Source: Malacoraja senta (lineage: Eukaryota). Taken from it: 64,000 nucleotides of DNA. Positions 1 to 11,779 of the stretch are shown piece by piece (the first letter of the stretch is position 1; every line of letters begins with the position of its first letter). A model generated the notes under the pieces. The model ran no database searches and was not told the DNA's origin. It worked only from the letters and a program-made list of their open reading frames with translations. The stretch lies in the NCBI GenBank assembly GCA_038087875.1, contig JAXLNO010000213.1:186001-250000 (forward strand). The letters are read 5' to 3'. The translations under genes were made by a program, and so were the position numbers.

Positions 1-106
1 AATTGTTCCGAGTATATCACGAGGCAATTATGAATAAACATCAAAAAGGTAGCCATGAAGGCTTAACATATATCAAAACCAAAAATCAGGGAATTGAACC
101 CCGTGG

Positions 107-178
107 CTCCTCGTCGGTGAATTGAACCCCGGTCTCCCGCGTGACAGGCGGGGATACTAATCACTATACTAACGAGGA
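107..178 (-). tRNA. tRNA-Asp(GTC), variant or possible pseudogene
   Basis: Reverse complement TCCTCGTTAGTATAGTGATTAGTATCCCCGCCTGTCACGCGGGAGACCGGGGTTCAATTCACCGACGAGGAG (72 nt) matches vertebrate tRNA-Asp, with changes in the D-loop GG and a T-stem mismatch. Confidence 0.9.
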
Positions 179-1368
179 AACAATATATCCTCAATCAGAA
201 TTCACGGGGCACTATATATCCTCAATCAGAATTCTTCATCGACTCTTCCATCTTAATCTTTCGCTATCTAGAACCAAGCATAACTTGATTATTAATCTTA
301 TTAAAACATCGTTTTTAGTTTAAAGTCGTACCGTGCGCACCAAACTCTTACAATCAGGCATGATACCCAGTATATAGTTCAAAAGTTTACAGCCCAAAGC
401 TTTGACGGCATGAAACGTCTTCCTCCATGCCCGATCAACTCATGGATGCGTTGTAACAACAATGTTGAAGTGTGAAAATCCTTCAAAAGGAAAACAGGAT
501 TTTTACCAATCAAGTTCACCGAGCGGTACACAAAAATGCTGGAGAAACTCAGCGGGTGCAGCAGCATCTATGGATCGAAGGAAACAGGCAACGTTTCGGG
601 CCGAAACCCTTCAAGTTCACCGATAGGTTTGATATAATTTCCGAATCATTAATAGAGATTTAAAATTCCAACTCAAGCTTTGGCCATTCTCTGTCTGGCT
701 TACAGAGAGATTTTAGTAAATTGATCCATCTCTTACCGCTTAAGAATCGGATCGCCGCAGGATCTCTGTAAACTTCATCCGCAGGATTTTTTACTGTGTT
801 AACATATTTCAGTTGTACAACATTAGTAACTCCCAATGCTCTTTCCATTGGCACATTGTTTCTGGTTTCTTTGGCCCTTTCATCCAGTGGAATGCTTTCA
901 CAGTTGTCGCCGATCCACTTGGAAAGTGTGAATCATCCCTTATTGCAAAGGGAAGTCAGATGTTCTTCTGGTTGAATTGCTTCCTGCTTAGTAGTCATGG
1001 ATTTTACGCAATCATCCATGTTGTTATTATTCTTCAAAGAGATTCTTACTTATGAAATGTAGTATTCTAGCCAAACTTGCGTTTCAAATTCTGGGTACGT
1101 TGCTCTGCCATACGACGATTATTGGGTAAACTAACACTTTCTTGCTTGAAAGGTAAGTCCACACAACAGTGTCCATCAGTTTTCACTGAGTAGTTCATAA
1201 TATCCATGAACTTCAACTCTTCATTCGACATCTCTTCAGATTCCTTATTGGTACTTTCATTGAAGGCGTGAGTGTATGGCTTCATCACCGGCTTTTCTAA
1301 TTTATCAGTAGATATCTGATTAACAGCAAAGGTGGGATAGTTTTTCTGATTCTCGTTTTCATTGTTCG

Positions 1369-2131
1369 TGTAGATTGGTTTATGCATGAGAACCAATCAT
1401 GGTAGAATAACATCACTAACCCCACCCTACTGTACGATATATACTAACACCCACTTCCTACACTGGTCAGTCTTGGAAGCGGTCACGATGTTCTAACAAC
1501 TAACAACCTGCTGTACCGCTGTAATATGAATAATGATTAAAGATGATCTTGAACTCCAGATTGTATTATTTGGATATATACATGGGTATTTTTTGGGGGG
1601 AGGGTTGGAAAAAAGACATGCTCGTTGCGTACACTCTCTCTCTCGTGCACAACGGGCATCCAACGAACGACACCCCTACGAACGGGACGGGTTTACGGTT
1701 CTCAGCATTGATTTGTTCCTACAAAACAACTGCACCGCTTAGCCGAACACACAGCCGCCGACGCTACCCTCCAGATACTTTCATCCATAATCAAAAGAGT
1801 CTGGCCAGACAGACAACCCAGCGTACCAACAGAGGCGCAGACGTTCTTCTTAGTCCGCGATGAACTGGTAAGACAGGATGGTGTCATAAGTGGGATCCGA
1901 ACCCACTTCTGACACCATGTAAATAGCCGAATAATACAATGTGCTGTTCAAGATCATCTTTAATCACTATTCATATTATAGCGGTACAGCAGGTTGTTAG
2001 TTGTTAGAACATCGTGACCGCTTCCAAGACTGACCAGTGTAGGAAGTGGGTGTTAGTATAAATCGTACAGTAGCGTGGGGTTAGTGATGCTATTCTGCCG
2101 TGATTGGTTCTCATGCATAAACCAATCTACA
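1369..2131. mobile_element. Palindromic LTR-derived insert: two inverted 214-bp TG..CA LTRs, each with a tRNA-Leu(CAA)-type PBS; 5-bp TSD
   Basis: 1369-1582 is the reverse complement of 1918-2131 (about 13 mismatches). PBS TGGTGTCA(G/T)AAGTGGG lies on both strands at 1879-1917. Flanks GTTCG (1364-68) and GTTCC (2132-36). Confidence 0.85.
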
Positions 2132-3479
2132 GTTCCTTTTCAAAGAACCATAGATAACCCATCCAAGTCGGGTTTTCGTAGCATACGGCCCATCACCTTG
2201 GCTCCTAACAATCGGTATATGTTCCAATGCCTTCAAAACATTCGTTCCGATAAGTGGACCAACACTAGAATTTATTTCAGATATCTTGACGTCCTTCAGG
2301 TAAGGCCATTGTTTCAAGTTTTCATGTCTTGATATATTTTGACGTCCAACAGGCATAGTTCCATGCGTAAACACTTCAGATATGGGTATAAAATTACCTT
2401 CATCCAGACTGGATATCTCCATACTTGTAAAGTAATGACTCCTGCTCTCTTTCTCTTTAGGCATCGTACTTAATCGAGTCTTAGTCTCTTCTCCTGTGAT
2501 GTTCAGCCTTCTTGTCAGGTTTTCTGTACAAAACGTAGTCGAACTTCCGTGATCCAGAAAATCATTTGTTTGCAACACTGTATTCCTCTTGCTATTCCTC
2601 GCCTGTACTGGTAAGATAGAAAAATTACAAGCTTCTACCCCGGCCCCAATATGAGCAGTTACTTGAGGCGAGGTGATAGCATCACTAGTAGTTGGCTTCT
2701 TCTTCTGTTCCGTTTGCTCCGGTTCATCTTCTTCTATTTGCTCTGGTAACTCTTCATCTGTTTGTTCCAGTTCTTCCGCTTCCCATGGCTCTGATAGCTC
2801 TTCTTCAGTGTGAAGTGCTTCAGGATGACATTGTCTGCATTGATAACAAGTCATAGGACTCTTACAGTCTGTCACCATATGTCCTTTTTTCAAACATCCA
2901 AAACAGACTCCCTTCTCTTTCAAGAAATCCATCTTTTCTTCATATTCTTTCATCTTAAATATTCGACACCATCTTCTGGTGTGACCAACTTCATCACATA
3001 ACAAACAAAATACTATTTGCTTGCTAGTAGACACATTTCCTTTCATTCTATCTGTCTTTCCCACAAGTCTGGTTGTGATAGCAAAACTACTTCTCATAGG
3101 TTCTGATATTTCTTCAGTTTTGGTAAACATGGAACCTTTGTTAGTTGCAATTGATTTATAATCTTCAATAGTCCCGTGGTGGGGTTCTAACATATGCGGT
3201 ACTTCCCTGTCTAAGAATTCCACCAGGTCTGGTAGCCTGGGTACTTGGTTCCTCTCATCCAATATTTCGCCTGCTTTATCTTTCCACTTTTCTCTCAGTC
3301 TTCTGGGCAACTTGCTAATGATGACTCTAGTATTACTTGCTAGATTCATTTCTTCCATGTGGCCGAGATTTTTCATGGAGCTGCAACAACCTCTCAGAAA
3401 TATTGTATATTTACTCAATGCCTTACTGGCTTGATTTATTTCCAAGCGTGGGCCTTCTCCGTGTATGCGTTAGCCATCC

Positions 3480-4185
3480 TCTGTTCATTACCAAAATGTT
3501 CTTTAAGGAATATTCTTGCCTTTTGATAGCTAAAATAAAACAATTCCTCCACTTTGACGACCTCGAAAAGATCATCCACACATTTATCTCGTCCCGCCTA
3601 GATTACTGCAACTCCCTTTACACTGGTATCAGCCAATCTTCCCTGTCCCGCCTGCAACTGATCCAAAACGTCGCAGCGAGACTCCTGACGGGCACCCGAA
3701 AAAGGGACCACATCACCCCGATCCTGGCCTCTCTCCACTGGCTCCCTGTGCGGTTCCGTATACATTTCAAGATCCTCCTCCATGTCTACAAAGCCCTCAA
3801 TGGGCTTGCCCCCACCTACATTAAAAGTCTTCTCACCACTCCACCTCTAGGCCCCTCAGATCGGCCGACTTGGGGTTGCTGAATATCCCGCGGTCTAGGC
3901 ATAAGCTCAGGGGCGACCGCGCCTTTGCAGTTGCAGTTCCTAGACTGTGGAACAGCATCCCCTTTCCCATCAGAACTGCCCCCTCCATCGACTCCTTTAA
4001 GCCAAGACTAAAAACGTATCTATACTCCCAAGCCTTTCTTGACACCCTCTGAGCGAGGGCTATATGTATATATGTATGTAGTTTGTTTGTTTATATTATT
4101 CTTATAACAAATGTAAAGCACTTTGGCCAACGAGAGTTGTTTTTTAAATGTGCTATATAAGTAAATGTGACTTGACTTGACTTGC
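3480..4185 (+). mobile_element. L2-type LINE 3' fragment nested in BEL gag
   Basis: SRLDYCNSL...LQLIQNVAARLL...HITPILASLHWLPV and RAFAVAVPRLWNS motifs, (GACTT)n tail near 4169-4184. Confidence 0.85.
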
Positions 4186-5629
4186 CTTTTTATAGCCATG
4201 GCTGCCGGGCTCAATTTAACAACTTACTACAAGTATCTGAACATCTCCGCTTGTGTACTTCACCAGAAATCGTAAGCCCTCCTTTCCACCCGTAACTTTC
4301 GTTTCTAATACTTCTTCTAATGCCCTTACAAACGCTTCATACCGCAAAGGATCTCCATCATATGTAGGAATTTATGTTGGTGGTCGAATGAGAGAGGTAT
4401 TTTGTCGAGCTATGAATTCAGCTTGACTTTTCACCAATGCCAATAATCCATCCTGATAACCTTGGCTTGGCTCCACCTGTTGATAAACAGTCCTCTGTGA
4501 CTCAAATTGGCCTGCTCGAGCCTGTGTATCAGGCCTTGGAAAAGCGTATTCCGCTATTGGTTGGTCTCGAGCATCCACATTCGCTCCATTAGTAGTTTGT
4601 TTCGATCTAGCACGTATTTCCAGAGATTAAGTTTTACCCATCTTATTCTGTTCCAAAGGGTTTTCAAAGCCATGAAATCCGGTGGACCTCGATTGTGGAA
4701 TTGATCCAACTGCTAATTCATTTCGAGCAATCTTTCTTCTTGGTCCAGAGCTCATCGTCTTCGATGATCTAGAGCTGCATCTTGAACCCTCACATTCCAA
4801 TATCTCCTTCTTTGCTTTGGCCACCGCCATCTTTGTGTCTAGTTCCAGTTATTCCATTCGGCGCCTCAGCTGCTCCTGCTGTCGCGTAATCTCTTCCTTT
4901 TGTCATCTCATCTCTTCTTCTTGTTCTACTTGTCGCTCAATCTCATGTTTCTGTCGCATCTTCTCTTTTTCCATCTGTTCTTCTTGTCGCTCAATCTCAT
5001 GATTCTTCTTCAAGGCATCCGCTTCTATTGAGAGAGCGGCTAGATCAGCTGCAACTCTCAATCGAGCAGAAACCCTTGATATCGAACTGGCTGTAGAACC
5101 AGGTTTATGTCCTGATCTTCGTGTAGATACTTTCAAGAAATTACCTCGTGGTGTAATTTCATCTTCCATTCTGGCACATTGTTGCATCGCACCTTCAGCT
5201 GTTAAGCGCGTATATTGTGGTATAATTTCAGATAACCACTCCTCTGCCCAATCCTAGTAAACATTGAATACATCCACCCTTGGTTCACACCGCTGGGTGT
5301 GTCTTTCACGTTCCTCATGAGATGGCTCTGAATCCAAAAGTTTACTCTGCTTTTCCCTGAGCTCTTTAAGAAGGTTGCATATCAGGCCTAACTTGCCTTA
5401 CACATAGTCCAGGTTGGCATCTGATTCCATTAGTTCATTCAAACTATCAAACAGCCTCCTGATCTTCTTCCACAACTTGTTTCTTTCCTTCTCGGTTTCC
5501 TTCAGAACTAGAACTCGGTATTTCTCAGTGAGTTTAACTTGTCTAATTGGTCTTTCATCGCCACCTCGTGGACCCTCATACGTGAAACTTTCTTCATCTT
5601 CTGCCCCCCCCCCCCCACACACACACACA

Positions 5630-6760
5630 CATCCTGTACGTATTCCAATCAATACCGATATACTTTCCTAAATTTTTTTTTAATCGATTCTTTGATCACA
5701 AACTTTATTTGGGACTATAAAATCCATAAACGGCATCTATGTAAACCCAAAGAAATTGGTGGACCAGCTTTTCCCAATTTCTTATACTATTATTGGGCAA
5801 CGAATATTAAAAACGTAATCTATTGGCTGGACATCACATGCCAACCGGTAAAATGGTTAATAATGGAGAGAGAGGATTGTTAATATAGGCGCGATTCCTC
5901 TCTCTCCAATAAATTTGAAGAAAACACTTTATGAGAAAAATCCGATTATCCACAGTACCCTCACGAATCTGGACACAAGTGAAGACAACCCTAAACTGAG
6001 AAATGTATCTCTTCTCTTACCAATTGCCAACAATCCTTCGTTAAGGCCATCTATTCTAGACAAAACGTTCTCACGTTGGGAAAGATTAGGAATCAAAACA
6101 CTCGGAGACCTTAATGAGATGGGAACCATTCTCTCATTTCAAGAATTACAGTCGAAATATCACCTGAAAGGTGGTCAATATTTTAGATATCTTCATATTC
6201 GAGACTATCTGAAATCATATACCCAAGACTACCAATCTTTGTTGCCAGACACTCTAGACGATTGTATGAATAGAAACTCGGATTCAAACAAGTTAATATC
6301 ATATCTGTAAAACACCCTTTTTAATATAGAAACCCCATCGTCAGAAGTAATTAGAAGAGCTTGGAAAGATGATCTCGGCCTAAAAATTCTAAAAGACAGA
6401 TGGGAGGAAAACCTTCTCTATATACATCATTGTTCGATTAACGTTAGGCATTCGTTAATTCAATTTAAAATACTGCACATACTCTATTATTCAAAGTCTA
6501 AACTAAATAAGATATTTCCAAATGTATCTCATATTTGCGATAAATGTCTCCTTCAGGAAGCAACTATAACCCATTCCTTTGTCTCTTGTATAAAGTTACA
6601 TAATTTTGGAGAGGAATTTTTGAAATTTTTTCAAAAACGCTAGAAACAAAATTGGATCCCGATACGGAATTGATCATATTAGGTTACGTCAGAAGCCTGC
6701 TCTGAGCTTTCATTATTTCAAAGACGGCGAAAAAACGAATACTCAAATTTTGGAAACATA
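5630..6760 (+). mobile_element. L1/Tx1 ORF2 3' fragment, degenerate
   Basis: NFIWDYK..KPKEIGG..FPNF.YYYWA and further segments similar to the ORF2 at 58219-62010. Confidence 0.85.
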
Positions 6761-7050
6761 ATCTATCTCTCTCTCATTTCTCTCTATCTATCTCTCTCTC
6801 TATATATAGCTCTCTCTCTCTATATATATATATATCCCTTTCTCCCTCCCCCCTCCTTTCTCTTCCCTCCCCCTCCCCCTCTTTCTCTCCCTCTCCCCCA
6901 CTTTCGCCCCCCTCTCCCCCTCTTTCTCTCCCCCTCTCTCTCTCCCCCTCTTTCTCTTCCCCTCTCTCTCTTCCCCTCTCTCTCTCTCCCCCCCTCTCTC
7001 TCACTCTCTCTCTCTCTCCGTCTCTCTCTCTCTCTCTCTCCGTCTCTCTC
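6760..7050. repeat. (CT)n/(TA)n polypyrimidine low-complexity tract
   Basis: Visible microsatellite. Confidence 0.95.
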
Positions 7051-7559
7051 TTGTGCAGTAGCCAGCGCTGTTTTTAAGTTGCGAAAGTCTTCTTGTTGGA
7101 GTGAGAGAGAATTGCTGTGGTACCTTGGCAGAGACACCAGCAACAGTGGTTTTAATGTATCCTTCGTTCCACAGATGCTGCCTCACTTGCTGAGTTTCTC
7201 CTGCATTTTTGTCTACCTTCCTTATTTACTGAGGTAAAATCTCCACATAAACTCCATGTCTGGGGGCAAAACTGGGGTAAATAATGTTGTAAACATCTCT
7301 CAGTGTCTGTCCCCCTGTAAATATTCAATAAATCTCCACATAAACTACAGGTCTGTTAGAAAAACTGGGGTAAATATTGTTATAAACCTCTCTCTGAGTG
7401 GATATATGAGGTAATAATCAACAAACTCCTCTCCCCATCCCCATCTCTCCCCCACTCTTCCCCCTTGCTGTACATAATCAATAAACCCCGTCTAAGGGGG
7501 GTAATCAATAAATTCTTCGTCCACCCTCCCTCTCTCCACCACTCTCTCCTTCCCCCTTT

Positions 7560-8770
7560 GACTTCTCCTTCCTTAAGTACCCTGGGATGTAGACCTTCAG
7601 GCCCTGGGGATATATCAGCCTTCACTCCTATCAGTCTAACCAACACCATTCCTTGCCTAATGTGAATTTCCTTCAGTTCCTCCGTCACCCTAGAACCTCC
7701 GGCCATTAGTACATTTGGGAGATTGTTTGTGAAGACAGATCCAAAGTACCTGTTCAACACGTCTGCCATTTCCTTGTTCCCCATAATAAATTCACCTTTT
7801 TCAGTCTTCAAGGGTCCAAATTTGGGCTTAACTAATTTTTTCCTCTTCACATACCAAAAGAAGCTTTTACTATCCTCCTTTATATTCTTGGCTAGCTTAC
7901 CTTCGTACCTCATCTTTTCTTCCCGCATTGCCTTTTTAGTTATCTTCTGTTGCTCTTTAAAAGTTACCCAATCCTCTTGCTTCTCGCTCATCTTTGCTAT
8001 GTTGTACTTCTCTTTTATTTTTTATACTGTCCCTGACTGCCCTTGTCAGCCATGGTCGCCCCTTACTCCCCTTGGAATCTTTCTTCCTCTTTGGAATGAA
8101 CGGATCCTGCACCTGTATTATTCCCAGAAATACCTGCCATTGTTGTTCCCCCCGCCTGTTAAGGGGCAAGCCATCATTTGTACAATTCACCCTTCCCCAA
8201 GCAGATTCCACTGGTCTAAGAATCTAAATCCCTGCTCCCTGCACCAGCTCCTCAGCCACACATTGAGATCCTCTATCTCCGTTCCTTCCCTCACCAGCAC
8301 GAGGAACTGGAAGCAAACCGGAGATAACCAACCCTGGAGGTCCTGCTTTTCAGCCGCCTTCCGAGTTCTCTGATGTCACGCTGCAGAATGTCTTTCCTCG
8401 TCTTCCCGACGTCATTTGTGCCGACATGCACTACCACTTCCGGCTGCTCACCTTCACCCTTGAGGATGCTCAGCAATCGGTCCATGACGTCCTGGATCCT
8501 GGCACCAGGGAGGCAACACACTATCCTTGACTCTCACCTGTTGCTGCAGAAACCCCTGTCCGTCCCCGACTACCACGGCTCTGCCTGACGTATGTCTCTT
8601 CGCTTATGCTCAGCTTCACCTTTTGACGGAGACCTTTCCCTTCTCTCTTCGATGTATCTTCGATGTAACGATCTTACTGTAGGTCCTGTCCATGATTTTC
8701 CCGGATGAGCCTGAGGTCATCCAGCTGCTTCTCCAGTGCCCCAACACGGTCCTTCAGGAGCTGAACCTGG
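7560..8770 (-). mobile_element. CR1 LINE fragment (ORF1 SGNH esterase part plus ORF2 linker)
   Basis: CLPGARIQDV...PEVVVHVGTNDVG (esterase), and KSFFWYVKRKK...SPGPEGLHPRVLKE (ORF2). Confidence 0.85.
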
Positions 8771-9125
8771 ACACACTTTTCTAGAGGCAGGAAACATGGT
8801 TTCCGATGCTGGGGGAGTTCAGACCAGGGGCCATAGTTTAAGAATAAGGGGTAAGCCATTTAGAACGGAGACGAGGAAACACTTTTTCACACAGGCAGCT
8901 GTTAGTCTGTGGAATTCTCTGCCTCAGAGGGCGGTGGAGGCCGGTTCTCTGGATACTTTGAAGAGAGCTAGATGGAGCTCTTATGGATAGTGGAGTCAGG
9001 GGTTGTGGGGAGAAGGCAGGAACGGGGACTGTTTGTGGATGATCAGCCTTGATCATATTGGATTGCTGTGCTGGCTCGAAGGGCTGAATGGCCTACTCTT
9101 GCACCTATTGTCTATGTTTCTATGT
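8770..9125 (+). mobile_element. CR1/HER1-like LINE 3' end
   Basis: TRGHSLRI...FFTQ..V.LWNSLPQ, then the shared 3' tail (...gaatggcctactc..gcacctattgtct). Confidence 0.85.
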
Positions 9126-9329
9126 AAAAGCTTTTCACTCCACATCACCGTCCACATCTCTCCTGCTACTCTCAGTCTGAGGAAGGGTCTCAACCTCGAA
9201 ACGTCACCCATTCCTTCTTCTCCAGAGATGCTGCCCGTCCCGATGAGTTACTGCAGCATTTTGTACTCTGGCCCCCCTTGAGGTTTAATCTCAGGTTTGC
9301 AGCTCTGCAGCTGCTGTGATTGTTTCCCC

Positions 9330-9870
9330 TCCCCCCCACGAGCTGTAGGAGCCGCGGGGGCGGGGCCGGCTGCGCCATGGCAATCGTTGCTCAGGCGGGA
9401 TGGACGGCCTGTTGGCAGAGGGCGCTGTCCGTCCGAGGGGCGGGGATGCGGCTCTGATTGGTTGGTCTCAAGGAGGGGGCGGGGACCTGTCCTTTGTGAC
9501 GTGATACGAAGAGGCGGGGCCTCCGCTCAGCGGCGGGAGCTCAGGTGGGAACTTTCCCGCGTCCTTTCCCCACCGCCTCCTCCCACCCCGAGGCCGATCC
9601 TGCGGCCGGCGACCCGAGGAGCTGGAGCCCGAGACGTGCGGGCGGAGGGGGATGTCAGTGAGTGAGTCTGGGCGCCTTGTTGTCCTCCGACTGCAGCGTT
9701 AACCTGGCGGCGGGAGGCCGCGGTGTAACCTATCCACGTTCCCCACAAACGCTGGCGGGGCGTGCCGGCTGCCCCACCGTGACGTCAGGGTGCCGGTAGT
9801 GCGTGTGTGGGCCGGGGGTACGTCACGGGGGCAGGGCGGGTGTACGTCGCGGGGCAGGGCCGCCCCCTTC
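9330..9870 (+). promoter_or_regulatory. CpG-rich promoter-like region, possibly with a non-coding first exon
   Basis: Several GGGCGG GC boxes (about 9360, 9438, 9476), inverted CCAAT (about 9456), CRE motifs TGACGT (9497) and TGACGTCA (9780), GTGAGT donor-like sites at about 9658-9667. Confidence 0.55.
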
Positions 9871-10383
9871 CTCACCGCACCCCCTCCCTTCTCCCCCTAT
9901 CCCTCTCCTCTTCCACCCTATCTCCCCCTCACTCTCCTCCCTTCTCCCCTTCCCCCTCACTTCCACTGTCCTCATTCTCCTTCCCCGCTGCCCCACATCC
10001 GTCCATTGCCTCTGAATCTGGTTAATGTGAGACATGAACAACTCACCGTGTGACTGGCCGATTTGTCAGGATCCATCAACTCAAGACGAATGTCCGTATG
10101 AATGATAGAAACTGACACACGTGCGAGTGGAAGAATCTGAAAATTCACCCCTGACCGACTGTAGGATTGCGACATCACTGGACGGAACACCAGTTGCATC
10201 AGGCCAAGAAATGGTATGGAGAAATCAGTTCAGGACTTGAGATTTATTCACAATTAATTCCCACCCAATTTTTCGCAGGCAATTGTAGGAAACAGTAAGT
10301 GTCTGAAAATCTCTGAGGTCGAGATTCCCGTTTATGCAATATGCTTAGCCGCTCATTCAAGCAGCTCATTGCTGCACATTGTA

Positions 10384-10425
<42 letters not shown>

Positions 10426-11019
10426 ATATATATATATATATATATATATCTATCTATCTATCTTGTCCGTCCGTCCGTCTATCTATCCTAACTAAAACTC
10501 TCATCTTGTCCTCTTGCGGTTTGCGTTTTTTTTAAACATTTTCTGTTTTCGCCACCTTATTCGCCATTCACCTGTGCTGCAAGCGCACCAAGTTTTGTTC
10601 CGATCGATGGAATATTACAAAAGTTATGCATGTTTATGTTCTTCTCTCCTGTCATTCGCCGGGACGGCGACGCCCTTTCTGGCACCAGCTGTCATTTACC
10701 GGCGGCGAGGAGAAGAAAGCTGAAGGATCGCAGTGAGCAGAGTGTGGAGAGTGCGTGGGGCGACCACCTCCACGGCGAGACTCTGAGCCCGAGAACCGCT
10801 GAGCCCGAGAACTGCTGAGCCCGAGAACCCCGGAGCCCGAGAACCGCTGAGTCCGGGAACCGCTGAGCCCGAGAGGTTTATAAAATCATGAGAGGAATAG
10901 ATCGTGTTGAAGCACGGAATCTCTTGCGCAGAGGAGGTGAATCGCGACCAGAGGCATGGGTTTAAGATGAATGGAAAGAGATTTAATAGTAATCTGAGGG
11001 GTAACTTTTTCACAAAAGT

Positions 11020-11580
11020 TCCCATTTGCCAGCTTTTCAACTATTGCGGCCATTGTAGAGGCAGCAACCTTTCTTCTCCAGTTACCTTTCCAAAGGAATT
11101 TGTTTTCGGAATTGCTGCGGTAGCTGCCTCTACAATGGCCTCTGACCAGGAGTCGTGTCCGCTTGGTGGGGTTGCGGTGTCTAGTGGAGTGGGACGTGTG
11201 TGTGGCGGAGGACCAGACTGTATCTGTGTAGAGGAGCAGGCGTGTCTGGCATGAGAGGCAGATGTAATGGAAGAGAGCCAACCGTGTCTGGCGGAGCGAC
11301 AGGCGTGTCTGCGGAAGGCCAGGCGTGTGTGGAGGAGAGGCTGACGTGTCTGGCGGAGAGTCGGACGTGTCTGACGGGAGAGGGAGACAGACGGAGAGGG
11401 AGACTGGATGACAGGCGTGCCTCGTTGAGGCGAGGACATGGCTGCCGGAGGGGAGCATGTGCCATGCGGAGGGGTTGTGTCTGGCGGGTGGTTTTGGGGG
11501 AAAATACTTCTACGGCATGTACAGCATTGCTCCTGCCCCCTACAATATCCCAGTGTGAAGGTTCCCCTGCGATCCGCCAA
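11020..11580 (+). repeat. GC-rich segment with internal CGTGTCTGGCGGAG repeats, paralogous to 52555-53081 and (inverted) 52139-52315
   Basis: Direct sequence match, e.g. GGAATTTGTTTTCGGA..TGCTGCGGTAGCTGCC...GGTTCCCCTGCG.TCCGCCAA. Confidence 0.9.
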
Positions 11581-11779
11581 TTCTTTCGTGGACACCACTA
11601 GCCTCCCCTCCACTCCAACGCTCCGTGACTGAAGCGGCAGTGTGTCCAACGCGACGGGGCTTCCCCACCTCGGGACGGGACGCAGCTGTAGTCTTTTCCA
11701 AGGCAGATGAGGATGGGTTCACTCTCCCGATGTGAGCTGCTCTGGGACTGGTGATTGGCTATTGCTGAGTCCTGCAGTG

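Larger units (their letters stand above)
660..5600 (-). mobile_element. Degenerate BEL/Pao LTR retrotransposon internal region (gag, protease, RNase H remnant; RT largely deleted)
   Basis: ORF 2111-3445 has zinc knuckles (CFGCLKKGH..C..CYQC...HPEALH), protease-like LDHGSSTTF and GPYATKTRLGW. ORF 1067-1396 has VDLPFK..LPNNRRMAEQR. ORF 660-854 has the NPAD...WP RNase H tail. Coiled-coil gag 5' part at 4200-5600. Confidence 0.85.

Noticed and set aside
1369..2131. Ginger-type or MITE DNA transposon with TGT..ACA TIRs
   Set aside because: Each arm is itself TG..CA bounded and followed by a tRNA PBS, which fits an LTR origin better. Later mobilisation as a TIR element is not excluded.
6774..7186. 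E/R/G-rich ORFs
   Set aside because: Translation of the (CT)n microsatellite.
10886..11649. Overlapping 100-200 aa ORFs in the GC-rich segment
   Set aside because: Low-complexity repeats, no recognisable domain, and frames are not conserved in the 52555-53081 copy.
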